Below, in pieces: positions 19,592 through 31,666 of a stretch of 64,000 bases of DNA. The first letter of the stretch is position 1. Each line of letters begins with the position of its first letter. Below the pieces are notes generated by a model that was not told the origin of the DNA, searched no databases, and was given only the letters and a program-made list of their open reading frames with translations. Origin of the DNA: Verrucomicrobiota bacterium (GTDB lineage Bacteria; Verrucomicrobiota; Verrucomicrobiia; Limisphaerales; AAA164-E04); NCBI GenBank assembly GCA_047947115.1, contig CP170459.1, positions 704,001 to 768,000 on the forward strand. The letters run 5' to 3'. The translations under genes and the position numbers were made by a program.

Positions 19592-20674
19592 ATGCATCAA
19601 GATACATGCCCAGCCAAAGTCAAAGTCGCCGTCATCGGTGCCTCCGGCTATTCAGGTGAAGAGCTCGTCAAATTGCTCCTGCTCCACCCTCAAGTGGACC
19701 TGACCGCGTTGACCTCTCGTCAATACGAAGGCAAATCTCTTGGGGAAGTTTTCCCAAAATTTGCCAATCTGCCCGGCGCCAAAGAACTCAGCTTTATCGC
19801 ACCGGACACGGACAAAATACTCGAACGCGCCGAACTCGCCTTTCTGGCCCTCCCCCATGGAGTGGCTGCGGAATTTGCCACCCCCCTATGTGCGGGCGGA
19901 TGTCTGGTTATTGATTTGAGTGCGGATTTCAGAATCCACGATCCTGTGGTATACAAAGAATTTTATGGTGCCGACCACCCTGCCCCGGAACTCCTCGAGC
20001 AGGCCGTCTACGGACTCCCCGAATGGCGAAGGGATGCCATAAAACAGGCCAAGCTCATCGCCTCGCCCGGATGTTATCCGACCAGCATATTGCTGCCGTG
20101 CCTTCCCTTAATCAAAGAAGATCTCATCCAACCCTCCACCATCATCGCCAACTCACTGAGCGGAGTGAGCGGGGCCGGTAGAAAGGCGGACATCCCCTAC
20201 CTCTATGTCGAATGCAACGAAAGCGTCCGTCCCTACGGTGTGCCCAAGCACCGGCATCTTTCCGAAATCGAACAGGAAATCAGCCTGGCAGCGGGATGCA
20301 AAACAGTGATCCAGTTCACGCCACATCTGATCCCTGTCAATCGAGGTATTCTGACCACTCTCACCATGGCACCATCGGAAAAGGCGATGGCGAACAACCA
20401 TGCTGCTTCCATCATAGAGCAAGTCGATGCATGCCTGAAAAAGGCTTACGAAAACGAACCTTTCGTACGATTGCTCGGAGCCAAAGGACTTCCGGACACC
20501 AAACATGTGGTCGGGACCAACAACATCGAGATCGCCTTTCGATACGACGAACGAACCGGACGGCTCCTTGTGATGAGCGCCGAAGACAATCTGGTCAAAG
20601 GAGCCAGCGGACAGGCAATTCAATCGATGAACATCCTGAGGGGTTTTCCTGAAACCACAGGGCTGATGCTTTAA
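19592..20674 (+). CDS. argC: N-acetyl-gamma-glutamyl-phosphate reductase
   Basis: GASGYSG, DLSADFR, SPGCYPT, SGVSGAGR, DNLVKGASGQAIQ. Confidence 0.96.
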   Translation: MHQDTCPAKVKVAVIGASGYSGEELVKLLLLHPQVDLTALTSRQYEGKSLGEVFPKFANLPGAKELSFIAPDTDKILERAELAFLALPHGVAAEFATPLCAGGCLVIDLSADFRIHDPVVYKEFYGADHPAPELLEQAVYGLPEWRRDAIKQAKLIASPGCYPTSILLPCLPLIKEDLIQPSTIIANSLSGVSGAGRKADIPYLYVECNESVRPYGVPKHRHLSEIEQEISLAAGCKTVIQFTPHLIPVNRGILTTLTMAPSEKAMANNHAASIIEQVDACLKKAYENEPFVRLLGAKGLPDTKHVVGTNNIEIAFRYDERTGRLLVMSAEDNLVKGASGQAIQSMNILRGFPETTGLML

Positions 20675-20709
20675 CCCGTCTCATCCGCCTCCATCCTGAA
20701 CAGCTCTTT

Positions 20710-21495
20710 ATGAACAGACACTCCACACTCCAAATCCGAATCTGGCTGGCCCTGATCATATTGCTTCATCTGACAGCAATCAGTCAGGAGACAGCGACAA
20801 AAGACACCCCCAACGAACCGCTTGTAGCGACCTTTTCCATCGTGGGATTTGACCCTGAAACCGGTGATCTGGGAGTGGCGGTCCAGAGCAAATTCTTTGG
20901 GGTGGGAACCGTCGTCCCCTGGGCAAAGGCGGATGTGGGCGCGGTCGCCACCCAAAGCTATGCCAACATCACCTACGGCTCCGAAGGCATCGCCCTCCTG
21001 GAAAAAGGTTTCACCCCAAAAGAAGCCATCGAACACTTGACCAGTCATGACGAAGGCAGCGCACTCCGGCAAGCGGGCATCGTGGACGCACACGGGCGGG
21101 CCACATCCTTCACCGGAGCCAAATGCAACGATTGGGCTGGGCACGTGGTGGGAGAGCATTTTGCCGCACAAGGCAATCTGCTGGCCGGTCAATCCGTGGT
21201 GGAAGACATGGCTTCAGCCTACCGGAAAGCTGCTGACCAACCGGGATCGGAACTGGCCGACTGGCTGATGGCTGCCATGAAGGCCGGACAGGAAGCGGGA
21301 GGAGACAAACGTGGCCGCCAATCCGCAGCGTTACTCGTCGTCCGAAAGGACAGTGGCTATGACCGGAAAAACGACCGTTACATCGACTTAAGGGTGGAGG
21401 ATCACAAAACACCCATCATCGAACTCCAGCGACTTCTCGACATTCACAAACAATTCTACCGCCGGGCACACGCCAACAAACCAAAGCGAAACTGA
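20710..21495 (+). CDS. DUF1028 (Ntn-hydrolase-like) exported protein
   Basis: Signal peptide, then TFSIVGFDPETGDLGVAVQSK; AGGDKRGRQSAAL; DLRVEDH. Confidence 0.88.
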   Translation: MNRHSTLQIRIWLALIILLHLTAISQETATKDTPNEPLVATFSIVGFDPETGDLGVAVQSKFFGVGTVVPWAKADVGAVATQSYANITYGSEGIALLEKGFTPKEAIEHLTSHDEGSALRQAGIVDAHGRATSFTGAKCNDWAGHVVGEHFAAQGNLLAGQSVVEDMASAYRKAADQPGSELADWLMAAMKAGQEAGGDKRGRQSAALLVVRKDSGYDRKNDRYIDLRVEDHKTPIIELQRLLDIHKQFYRRAHANKPKRN

Positions 21496-21534
21496 CCGGC
21501 ACTGCTAAAACCCGTTGCCCAGTCATGCCTCCAC

Positions 21535-21840
21535 ATGAACGTTCCATCTTGTTTTCAAAGCAACGCATTCGGAACCTTCCTTCACCTGCGCATTCAACCC
21601 AGAGCCAGCCGGGATGACATCGTCGGATTGCACGGAGACGCCCTGAAAGTTCGCATTACGGCCCCACCTGTTGATTCCACCGCCAACGAGGCGTTGATCA
21701 AGTTCCTCGCAAAACAATTGAACCTGCCAAAATCTCGTCTGCAACTCACCAAAGGCCAAACTTCACGCAACAAAACCATTTTCCTGACGAACACCCAAGT
21801 CGACGACCTCCCAAAAGAATTTCTGGAACGCTGCGTTTAG
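21535..21840 (+). CDS. DUF167/YggU family protein
   Basis: RIQPRASRD, LKVRITAPPVD..ANEAL, GQTSRNK. Confidence 0.88.
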   Translation: MNVPSCFQSNAFGTFLHLRIQPRASRDDIVGLHGDALKVRITAPPVDSTANEALIKFLAKQLNLPKSRLQLTKGQTSRNKTIFLTNTQVDDLPKEFLERCV

Positions 21841-21879
21841 AATAGTAAATGATAAATGTAAACAGTGAATTGGGTTCAA

Positions 21880-22068
21880 GGTAGATCGGATCAACCTGTC
21901 CCGCGACTGAGTTGATCTCGAAGCGCACCCCATGGCGCAACAGAACTGAAAAACCTTTCAGTCACCTTCCAAAGATGAGAGGTCTTTGACAACGGTAAGC
22001 TTCCCGAAATGAAAACTGATAGTGAACTGGTTCCCACAAAGGACGCGCCAGGGACGGCACGTTCTACC
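21880..22068. repeat. Inverted pair of GTAG-type REP-like elements
   Basis: GGTAGATCGGATCAACCTG at 21880 and GGACGCGCCAGGGACGGCACGTTCTACC ending at 22068; related pair at 52512-52657. Confidence 0.55.
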
Positions 22069-22093
22069 CGGCCCCACGGTTCCAATTCATCAT

Positions 22094-22834
22094 TCATTTT
22101 TTTATGGTCACCTCCACCCGATGCAACATGCCGCGCCACATGCGGACATCCAGATCCGATGGACGAGCGCGCGCAAAGAAATCGGAAAAACGTTCCATCA
22201 TACCCGTTTCCTGATCTGCGTGTAAAAACCCGGTCGCTTTAAGAACACTTTCCAGGTGGGACTTCATGCCCTCCAACTCGGAAACGGAAGCAAGGTTCAT
22301 GGAATCCTTTTGAGTGGCGAGATGGGAAGCGCCGGCTGTTGAGTTGCAAAAACGGGACACCTCATAAAGAGTCACCATCACCGCATGAGAAAGGTTCAAC
22401 GAAGAAACTTCTCCAAATGTAGGTATATGAAGCAGCATGGTACACAACGCCAATTCCTCATTGGTCAGACCACTGCTTTCGCGTCCGAACATAAAACCGA
22501 TCTTGCGTGCATCGACCGGGACATGTGATTCCAATTCAGGCAGAGCACACCCACGACACTGACGGGAACGCAATCGGGCGGTTGTACCAAACAGCGCCTG
22601 CAAATCTGCCACGGCATCTTCGGGAGACTCGAACACTTTCGCATCTAAGAGCAACCTTTCCGCATGCGCGGCCCGCTCTCTCGCTTCTGGACACAGCGGA
22701 TCCTTGGGACGCACCAACCTTAGATCGTCAACCCCCATGTTGCCCATGGCACGCGCCACCGCACCGATGTTTCCCGGGTGAGAAGGTTCGACGAGAATGA
22801 CGCTGATATCTTGTGCACGAAGTACGGATCTCAT
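22094..22834 (-). CDS. TrmJ/LasT family SPOUT RNA methyltransferase
   Basis: VILVEPSHPGNIGAVARAMGNMG, FGRESSGLTNEEL, SSLNLSHAV; start 22834 or 22927. Confidence 0.9.
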   Translation of the reverse strand: MRSVLRAQDISVILVEPSHPGNIGAVARAMGNMGVDDLRLVRPKDPLCPEARERAAHAERLLLDAKVFESPEDAVADLQALFGTTARLRSRQCRGCALPELESHVPVDARKIGFMFGRESSGLTNEELALCTMLLHIPTFGEVSSLNLSHAVMVTLYEVSRFCNSTAGASHLATQKDSMNLASVSELEGMKSHLESVLKATGFLHADQETGMMERFSDFFARARPSDLDVRMWRGMLHRVEVTIKK

Positions 22835-23146
22835 CCCAAGATCCTGCAGGGATTCCGGGGAGCAGACCAGCGTTAAGGTATTTTTCGGCTTGCTTTTTGG
22901 ATCTTTTTGCAGCACTTTTTCACTCAACGCTCGTTATCAGTAGAGAGCTTACTGCTTCCACTCAGCAAAGAATGCTTGGAGACCAGGGGGCAGCGTGAAG
23001 GGACCAGAGAGTCGCTTACACGAATTTTTGTTGAAGCAGAACTGAGCAAACCCGCCAAGGCTTTCCTCATCGTGCATGCATCGATTCAGAGCTCGTCTGT
23101 GATGCGACCCCACACGGGGCCGGGCTGAAAATGTACGCACTCAATT

Positions 23147-24376
<1,230 letters not shown>

Positions 24377-24461
24377 TCACCCTGTCCCATCCACGCCTCC
24401 CGTTGTTTCACTCAAAAATCCCGTTTGATCTTTCAACCATCCAACGGCATAAGTAACCGAC

Positions 24462-25757
24462 ATGCATCATTTCAAATACACGAAAGGACAACTGTTTTGC
24501 GAGGATGTTTCTGTGGACGCACTGGTCCGGGAACATGGCAGCCCACTGTACATCTATTCCAGCCAGACCCTGGTGGATCATCTGTCCAGATTGAACGGAG
24601 CGCTTTCCGATCTCGACCACATGGTCTGCTACGCGGTCAAGGCCAACTCCAACATCGGCATCCTCAGCACGCTGGCCGAACAAGGCAGCGGATTTGACAT
24701 CGTCAGTGAGGGGGAATTGATGCGTGTGTTGGCGGCGGGAGGCAAGGCCGAGCGCTGTGTGTTCGCAGGTGTGGGAAAGTCTGAACACGAAATTGAATTT
24801 GCCCTGCGCAAGGGAATTTATTCCTTCAACGTCGAAAGCATCGCGGAACTGGACCGCATTGACCGCGTTGCTGGGCGTTTGAAAAAGAAGGCCCCCGTCT
24901 CCGTGCGTGTGAACCCGAACGTGGACGCCCAAACTCACGCCAAAATCACCACCGGCACCTACGAAAACAAATTCGGCGTTCCATACGAAGAGATCGGAGA
25001 CCTCTACAAGAAAATTTCCAGCAGGAAAAACCTGAACATCCGGGGCGTGCAGATGCACATCGGTTCACAGTTGACACAGGTCAAACCCTTCGTCGACGCG
25101 GTGCGCAAAATGATCCCACTGGTCAAGCAACTACAATCCCAACATGAGTTGGAAAGTTTCAGCATCGGTGGCGGACTGGGCATCATTTACGAACAGGCCC
25201 TGGCGAGCGGCAGCGCAAAATGGTGGACCGGCAAGGAGGCCAAGGGCATTTTGACTCCGGAAAGTTACGCGGCAAAACTGGTTCCCTTGTTGAAACCCCT
25301 TGGCATTCGCATCTTGTTGGAACCCGGACGATTCATCGCGGGTAATGCCGGAATCCTGGTGACGCAAGTGGAATATGTCAAAGACACCGCAAGCAAACAT
25401 TTTGTCATTGTGGACGCCGCCATGAACGATCTGATACGCCCGGCCTTCTATGAGGCCTATCATGAAATTGTTCCCGTCAAACGCAAAGCAGGCAAACTTA
25501 TCTCAACCGATGTGGTAGGCCCCATTTGTGAATCCGGCGACACGTTCTGTAAAAATCGCCCACTCCCAAAGGTGAAGGAAGGTGACTATCTCGCCATGCT
25601 GAGCGCAGGAGCCTATGCCTTTACCATGGCTTCCAACTACAACACGCGCCCCATGGCCGCAGAAGTGTTGGTCAAGGGTTCCAATCACCAGGTCATCCGT
25701 CAGCGTCAAACGTTGCGTTCTCTTTGGAAAAACGAGCAGTTACCCGATTGGGATTAA
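24462..25757 (+). CDS. lysA: Diaminopimelate decarboxylase
   Basis: YAVKANSN, HIGSQ, EPGR, GPICESGD, MASNYN. Confidence 0.96.
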   Translation: MHHFKYTKGQLFCEDVSVDALVREHGSPLYIYSSQTLVDHLSRLNGALSDLDHMVCYAVKANSNIGILSTLAEQGSGFDIVSEGELMRVLAAGGKAERCVFAGVGKSEHEIEFALRKGIYSFNVESIAELDRIDRVAGRLKKKAPVSVRVNPNVDAQTHAKITTGTYENKFGVPYEEIGDLYKKISSRKNLNIRGVQMHIGSQLTQVKPFVDAVRKMIPLVKQLQSQHELESFSIGGGLGIIYEQALASGSAKWWTGKEAKGILTPESYAAKLVPLLKPLGIRILLEPGRFIAGNAGILVTQVEYVKDTASKHFVIVDAAMNDLIRPAFYEAYHEIVPVKRKAGKLISTDVVGPICESGDTFCKNRPLPKVKEGDYLAMLSAGAYAFTMASNYNTRPMAAEVLVKGSNHQVIRQRQTLRSLWKNEQLPDWD

Positions 25758-25805
25758 ATCCAAGCACCGCTTTTTCCAATCCAAAGCGCTGAGTTAGCCC
25801 GCTCC

Positions 25806-27041
25806 GTGGAAACTGAACTCTTTATCACTGATCAAGACGGAGGGCCCATTGAGGCCATTGGCGATCGCTCGCAGTGGCCATTGGGGGAGGGAATGACATT
25901 CCTGAACCATGGATCATTCGGCAGTTGCCCCAAACCTGTCCTTGCTTTTCAACAGGAGCTTCGCGACCGATTGGAACGTCAACCGGTTCGTTTTTTTGTC
26001 CAGGACCTGGAGTCCATGTGGGACGAAGCACGCAATTGCCTGGCGAACTTTCTGAAAGCAGCCCCGGAAGGGTTGACCTTTGTTTCCAACGCAACGCACG
26101 GTGTCAACACTGTCCTGCGATCACTTTCATTTGAAAAAGGGGACGAATTGTTGGTCACCGATCATGAGTATAACGCCTGCCGAAATGCGCTCGATTACGT
26201 GGCCAAACGAACCGGAGCAAAGGTAACCGTTGCCAAGATCCAACTACCGGTCAAACAACCGGAGGACGTTCTGGCAAGTATTCTCGAAAAAGTCTCGCCC
26301 AAAACAAAACTGCTGCTGATCGACCATGTCTCCAGCCCCACCGCCGTGGTGTTTCCGCTTCAATGCATCGTGAACGAAATGCGTTCCAGAGGTATTGAAA
26401 CACTGGTGGATGGCGCTCATGCACCGGGTATGCTGCCACTGAACCTTGAAGATTTGGGAGCGGAATACTACACCGGTAATTGCCATAAATGGCTTTGTGC
26501 CCCCAAAGGCTCGGCCTTTCTATATGTCCGTCCCGACCGCCAGCCATGCATTCGCCCTCTCGCCATCAGCCATGGTGCAAACGCCACACGCACCGACCGA
26601 TCCCCCTTTCATCTGGAGTTCAGCTGGACCGGAACATCCGACCCCACAGCATGCCTGTCGGTTCCCAAAGCGATTGAATGGATGGGACAACAACATCCTA
26701 AGGGATGGTCTGGAGTCATGAATAGAAACAACCGATTAATTTTGCTTGCAAGGAGTTACCTGACCAGCACTTTGAACTGGCATGCCACAGCACCGGCTTC
26801 GATGGTTGGTTCGATGGTGTCATTTCACATGCCGGATGCTGAAACCACGGTGCAACCAAGCTCCCCTCTTTACGCTGATCCCATGCAGGACATCCTATGG
26901 GGTGAACATCGAGTGGAAGTCCCCATTATTCCCTGGCCCGCTCCTCCCAAAAGACTGATGCGGATATCTGCCCAGTTGTATAATGCCATGGAGGACTACT
27001 CCAAATTGAGTGAAACATTGAAAATTGTTTTATCATCCTGA
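25806..27041 (+). CDS. Class V PLP-dependent aminotransferase (isopenicillin N epimerase-like)
   Basis: FLNHGSFG, VDGAHAPG, GNCHKWLCAPKG. Confidence 0.88.
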   Translation: METELFITDQDGGPIEAIGDRSQWPLGEGMTFLNHGSFGSCPKPVLAFQQELRDRLERQPVRFFVQDLESMWDEARNCLANFLKAAPEGLTFVSNATHGVNTVLRSLSFEKGDELLVTDHEYNACRNALDYVAKRTGAKVTVAKIQLPVKQPEDVLASILEKVSPKTKLLLIDHVSSPTAVVFPLQCIVNEMRSRGIETLVDGAHAPGMLPLNLEDLGAEYYTGNCHKWLCAPKGSAFLYVRPDRQPCIRPLAISHGANATRTDRSPFHLEFSWTGTSDPTACLSVPKAIEWMGQQHPKGWSGVMNRNNRLILLARSYLTSTLNWHATAPASMVGSMVSFHMPDAETTVQPSSPLYADPMQDILWGEHRVEVPIIPWPAPPKRLMRISAQLYNAMEDYSKLSETLKIVLSS

Positions 27042-27198
27042 GTGCGTTCCCTGTGAAAATATCCTGATGCAGAGCACAAAAAGATTGATAAATCCAAAGA
27101 ATTAAAGACAATGCGGGCCTCAAGGGAGTCGTATCGGGTTTGTAGAACCGGTTCGCTAGAACCCCGTAATCACACTAAAACAAACAAACAACAGATAT

Positions 27199-27495
27199 AT
27201 GGCAAAACCATTGACCAAGTCACAGCTCGCGACAACCATCGCCGAAAAATCAGGTGTGACCAAGAAAACCGCAACCGAAATCCTGGACCTTTTGGCACAG
27301 CTTGCATACAAGGGCGCCAAAGATGGATTCACTGTCCCTGGAATCGGAAAACTCGTTCTGGTCGCACGCAAGGCTCGTACCGGTCGTAATCCTCAGACAG
27401 GGGAAGCTATCAAAATCCCTGCCAAGAAAGTCGTAAAATTCCGCGTGGCGAAAGCCTGCAAAGACGCCGTAATCCCCGCCAAGAAGAAGAAATAA
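27199..27495 (+). CDS. HU family DNA-binding protein
   Basis: RKARTGRNPQTGEAIKIPAKKVVKF. Confidence 0.95.
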   Translation: MAKPLTKSQLATTIAEKSGVTKKTATEILDLLAQLAYKGAKDGFTVPGIGKLVLVARKARTGRNPQTGEAIKIPAKKVVKFRVAKACKDAVIPAKKKK

Positions 27496-27526
27496 TCATT
27501 CTTCTCACAGCGAGACCTTTTAATTC

Positions 27527-27560
27527 AAAGGGCGCTTCGAATCATCGAGGCGCCTTTTTT
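27527..27560 (+). terminator. Intrinsic terminator after the HU gene
   Basis: GGGCGCTTCGA-ATCA-TCGAGGCGCC-TTTTTT. Confidence 0.85.
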
Positions 27561-27597
27561 CTTTTTGTGGCACATCGTTCATGCCACAACCTTGGAT

Positions 27598-28587
27598 ATG
27601 AAAATTGGAGTTGTCGGCTGCGGAGCTCTGGGAAGTTATTATGGAGGCCTGCTGTGCAGGAACGGCCACGATGTGCATTTTCTCCTTCGATCCGATTATC
27701 AACACGTAACAACCCACGGCGTCTCCGTTGAAAGCACAAAGGGAAATTTCACCTTCACCCCTCACGCACACCAACACGCATCAGAGATCGGCCCATGCAA
27801 CTTGGTGATCATCGGACTGAAAACAACCGCGAACCATCTGTTTCCTACTCTCCTTCCCCCTCTGATCGGTGCAGACACCATCGTGCTGACCCTCCAAAAC
27901 GGACTCGGAAATGAAGAGGCACTCACTCAATGCGTCCACCCTGACCAAATCCTGGGAGGCCTTTGTTTCGTTTGCCTGAACCGTATACGCCCCGGCCTCA
28001 TCCGGCATATGGATCATGGACTGATTGTGATGGGAGAATGGACCGGACCCGCCAGGCAGAAAACCTTGGATCTGGTCGATGTTTTTAACCAAGCCGGTAT
28101 CCCCTGCAAATCCACCGACCACCTCATGCAAGCTCATTGGGAAAAATTGATGTGGAACATACCCTTTAATGGCCTGGGTGTGGCGGGACTTTTGGGTCAT
28201 GGCGGTTTCGAATCAGATATACCTTTATTGGAAACCATACCATCCGAACAATGCCTGGATGCCAACGCCCTGCTCGACGATCCCGTATGGGAAACTCGCG
28301 TTCGGTGCCTGATGAAAGAAGTGCGCACCGCCGCCGGAAAGTTGGGGCATCCAATAGACGAAGGATTCGCAGACCAGCTTGTCGCCCGCACACGTACCAT
28401 GGGACCTTACAAAGCTTCCACATTGATCGATTATGAAAGAGGTTACCCCTTGGAGATGGACAGCCTGTTTCGCGAACCGCTTCGACAAGCGAAAGCAGCC
28501 GCCCTTCCAACTCCACTTCTCGAACGACTGGTCATGATTCTGGAAGAATTACAGAGGCGTCAGGACAAACGCGACTTGTCAACTTGA
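27598..28587 (+). CDS. panE: 2-dehydropantoate 2-reductase (ApbA/PanE family)
   Basis: KIGVVGCGALG, LQNGLG, WEKLMWN, YKASTLID. Confidence 0.85.
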   Translation: MKIGVVGCGALGSYYGGLLCRNGHDVHFLLRSDYQHVTTHGVSVESTKGNFTFTPHAHQHASEIGPCNLVIIGLKTTANHLFPTLLPPLIGADTIVLTLQNGLGNEEALTQCVHPDQILGGLCFVCLNRIRPGLIRHMDHGLIVMGEWTGPARQKTLDLVDVFNQAGIPCKSTDHLMQAHWEKLMWNIPFNGLGVAGLLGHGGFESDIPLLETIPSEQCLDANALLDDPVWETRVRCLMKEVRTAAGKLGHPIDEGFADQLVARTRTMGPYKASTLIDYERGYPLEMDSLFREPLRQAKAAALPTPLLERLVMILEELQRRQDKRDLST

Positions 28588-28610
28588 GCACCAATCCGTA
28601 TCACATCCCC

Positions 28611-29972
28611 ATGAGCATACGCGTTCGATTTGCCCCGAGCCCGACCGGATACCTCCATATCGGAGGCGCCCGCACGGCATTGTTTAACTGGTTATACGCC
28701 CGGCACACCGGCGGAACATTCGTTTTACGCATCGAAGACACCGACGATGCACGTAATACCCAGGAGGCAGTGGACGTCATCCTTTCCAGCATGCGATGGT
28801 TGGGACTGGATTGGGATGAAGGCCCAACAACAGGCGACGCATCCGCAGCACCGAAGGGGGATCTCGGCCCGTATTTCCAATCACAACGTCGGGATATTTA
28901 TCAATCCCACATCGACAAACTATTGGCGGCCGACAAAGCATATGAACAGGACGGCGCCATCAAATTCCGCATGACACGCGAACCTGTTATCATACCGGAC
29001 ATGGTCTGCGGGGATGTCAACCGCAAGCTCACCGACCGGGAAGAAGCCGATCCGGATTTCGTCATTGTGCGATCCGATGGCAAACCTGTTTTCCATCTCG
29101 TCAACGTCATCGACGATCTGGAGATGGGCATCACCCATGTGATACGCGGGGAAGATCACCTGTCCAACACCTCCAAACACATCCAGCTTTTCAAAGCGCT
29201 CGGAGCAGAATGTCCGAAATACGCGCACATCCCCCTCATCCTGAACGGTGACGGATCCAAAATGAGCAAACGGGACCGTGGCGCATCCATGACCACCTAT
29301 ATGGAAGAAGGATTTGTTCCGGAAGCGGTGATCAACTACTTGTGCCTGCTGGGTTGGTCGCCCAAGGATGACCGGCAGAAAATGAATCTTCAGGAAGTAG
29401 TTGATATCTTCGACCTGCCCCAGATCCTGCGACACAACGCCCGCTTCGACATGGAGAAGCTCGTTTCCCTGAATGGACAGTATCTGGCTGAACTCGATTC
29501 CGAAACATATCGAACCCTGGCGGAGAACTCCCTAAAGCAGTCTGGCATCACGTTGGAATCCTTCCCGACAGAATATGTTCAGGCAGCCATTGACTCGACC
29601 GCAGGCAAACTCAAGCAAGTATCGGAAATCAAGGATTACGCCGTCTTTTATTTTCAGAACCCCGAAGAAGTCGAATGGGATGCCGAAGCCAGCGCCAAAT
29701 TACTGGTGATGGAAAACCACGCTCCAATCTCCGCTTTGAGGGATGCCTTTGACGCAGTGGAACCGTTCAATGCGGAAAGCGTGCAAGGAGCCTTCAAATC
29801 CACAGCCAAAGAACTCGGGGTGAAAGTCGGGGCATTGGTCAATCCCGTTCGACTTGCCTGCACCGGAAAAACCACGGGGCCGAGTCTCTATCATTTGATA
29901 GAAATCCTTGGCAAGGATCGAGTGATCGGCGATATAAACAAAGCACTCGACCGAATGCAGGGAAACGCTTAA
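28611..29972 (+). CDS. gltX: Glutamate--tRNA ligase
   Basis: RFAPSPTGYLHIGG, IRGEDH, KMSKR, anticodon-binding domain. Confidence 0.95.
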   Translation: MSIRVRFAPSPTGYLHIGGARTALFNWLYARHTGGTFVLRIEDTDDARNTQEAVDVILSSMRWLGLDWDEGPTTGDASAAPKGDLGPYFQSQRRDIYQSHIDKLLAADKAYEQDGAIKFRMTREPVIIPDMVCGDVNRKLTDREEADPDFVIVRSDGKPVFHLVNVIDDLEMGITHVIRGEDHLSNTSKHIQLFKALGAECPKYAHIPLILNGDGSKMSKRDRGASMTTYMEEGFVPEAVINYLCLLGWSPKDDRQKMNLQEVVDIFDLPQILRHNARFDMEKLVSLNGQYLAELDSETYRTLAENSLKQSGITLESFPTEYVQAAIDSTAGKLKQVSEIKDYAVFYFQNPEEVEWDAEASAKLLVMENHAPISALRDAFDAVEPFNAESVQGAFKSTAKELGVKVGALVNPVRLACTGKTTGPSLYHLIEILGKDRVIGDINKALDRMQGNA

Positions 29973-30007
29973 TTCTATTGAAGAATCCAAGAGTCACGCC
30001 CACACCT

Positions 30008-30376
30008 ATGAAAGCACTCAGAGTTTACGAATACAAAAATTGTGGCACCTGTCGTAAAGCATTGAAGTATCTGGACGAACAAGGCGTCACCTACGAGCGC
30101 ATCGCCATCCGGGAACAACCACCGACCATCGCGGAACTGAAGAAGATGCTTAAAGCCTTGAACGGTGAACTCAAACGCATGTTCAACACCTCGGGCGGAG
30201 ACTATAAATCCATGAACATGAAAGATCGCCTCCCCACCTTGACCGATACCGAAGCTCTGGAACTGCTGGCCGCCAACGGCAATCTCATCAAACGTCCCTT
30301 TGTCATTCAGGAGAACGATGGATTGATCGGATTCAAGGAAAACGAATGGGATGCCTTTCTGGAACGTCAAAGCTGA
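30008..30376 (+). CDS. ArsC/Spx family protein
   Basis: CGTCRKA, LIKRPF. Confidence 0.88.
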   Translation: MKALRVYEYKNCGTCRKALKYLDEQGVTYERIAIREQPPTIAELKKMLKALNGELKRMFNTSGGDYKSMNMKDRLPTLTDTEALELLAANGNLIKRPFVIQENDGLIGFKENEWDAFLERQS

Positions 30377-30391
30377 TTCTATCGAAAACAT

Positions 30392-31666
30392 ATGAAATAC
30401 ATTTCCTGCATCCATCATTTGCTGGTCGCCGCAGCCATCACGCTTGCCACTCAACTACCTTACAACACACTCGCCGAAGATTACCTTTGGCCGGAATTCA
30501 GAGGCCCCGGCAAGCAAGGCCACGCATCCGCCAGGAATGTTCCGACAGAGTGGAGCAACACCAAGAACCTGGATTGGAAAATCAAAACCGGCCTGGGCGG
30601 ATGGGCATCTCCCGTTGTTTCCCATGAGAACATTATCTTGGCAGGTTCCAAAGAAGAAGGCGACCAACTGACACTTCACATCGCCTCATTCAAACTCAGC
30701 GATGGATCATTGAATTGGGAAAAGCAGGTCTTTGCGCCCTCAGCGGATATCGTCAAACAACGCCACTCCAAAAACAGCCACGCAAGCTGCACTCCAATAC
30801 TTGCCGACGGGAAAATCTACGCCCACTTCGGTCATTTCGGAACCTGTGCGCTGGACCTGGAAACCGGAAACATCCTCTGGAAAAAGGTCATCGAATACAA
30901 ACCGGTTCACGGAAACGGAGGTTCCCCCGCCCTGGTCGAGGGACTCCTTGTGTTCAGCGTGGACGGAAACAGCGACCCGGCTGTCTACGCCCTCAACGCC
31001 GACACAGGCGACATCGCATGGAAAACCCCCAGGCACTCCAGTGCTTCCAGGAAGTTTTCTTTTTCGACACCTCTGATTGTTGAGGTCAACGGTCAAAAAC
31101 AAATCATCAGCCCGGGCAGCGGCATGGTGGGAGCTTACGCAGTCAAAGACGGAAACCTGATCTGGCAGGTCCAGTACGGGGAAGGTTACTCCGTCATCCC
31201 CCGTCCGATTCTCCATAATCAAAAACTTTTCATCGGCACGGGATACAACAAACCCAACTTGCTGGCCATCCGGCTCACCGAACAAACCGGTGACTTGACC
31301 GACACCCACATCGCATGGGAAACCGACAAGTCAGCCCCCCACACCCCGTCCATGATTGCCGTGAACGGCGGACTCTACTTCATTTCAGACAATGGCATCC
31401 TGACCTGTGCCGACCCGGACACCGGAGACGTGCACTGGAGCGAGCGAGTTCGGGGCAACTATAGCGCTTCCCCCGTTGCTGTGGACAACCATATCTACTT
31501 CATCAGCGAATCCGGGAAAGTCACAATCATAGAAGCCAATACCCAAGCCTACACAGTGGTCGCAGAAAACGACCTCGAAGAGCGCACACTGGCGTCACCT
31601 GCCGTATGGGATGACACTCTCCTCATAAGAACCCAGGAATACCTTTGGAAAATCACGAAGCATTGA
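30392..31666 (+). CDS. Exported PQQ-like beta-propeller (BamB-like) protein
   Basis: Signal peptide, WPEFRGP, repeated SP...TG..LW blades. Confidence 0.85.
   Translation: MKYISCIHHLLVAAAITLATQLPYNTLAEDYLWPEFRGPGKQGHASARNVPTEWSNTKNLDWKIKTGLGGWASPVVSHENIILAGSKEEGDQLTLHIASFKLSDGSLNWEKQVFAPSADIVKQRHSKNSHASCTPILADGKIYAHFGHFGTCALDLETGNILWKKVIEYKPVHGNGGSPALVEGLLVFSVDGNSDPAVYALNADTGDIAWKTPRHSSASRKFSFSTPLIVEVNGQKQIISPGSGMVGAYAVKDGNLIWQVQYGEGYSVIPRPILHNQKLFIGTGYNKPNLLAIRLTEQTGDLTDTHIAWETDKSAPHTPSMIAVNGGLYFISDNGILTCADPDTGDVHWSERVRGNYSASPVAVDNHIYFISESGKVTIIEANTQAYTVVAENDLEERTLASPAVWDDTLLIRTQEYLWKITKH

Noticed and set aside
22930..23146. Riboswitch or ncRNA upstream of the DEAD-box helicase
   Set aside because: Long leader, but I could not match it to a known RNA motif; an Rfam search is needed
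25806..27041. Beta-lactam biosynthesis gene (isopenicillin N epimerase)
   Set aside because: A widespread class V PLP enzyme in housekeeping context with no biosynthetic cluster
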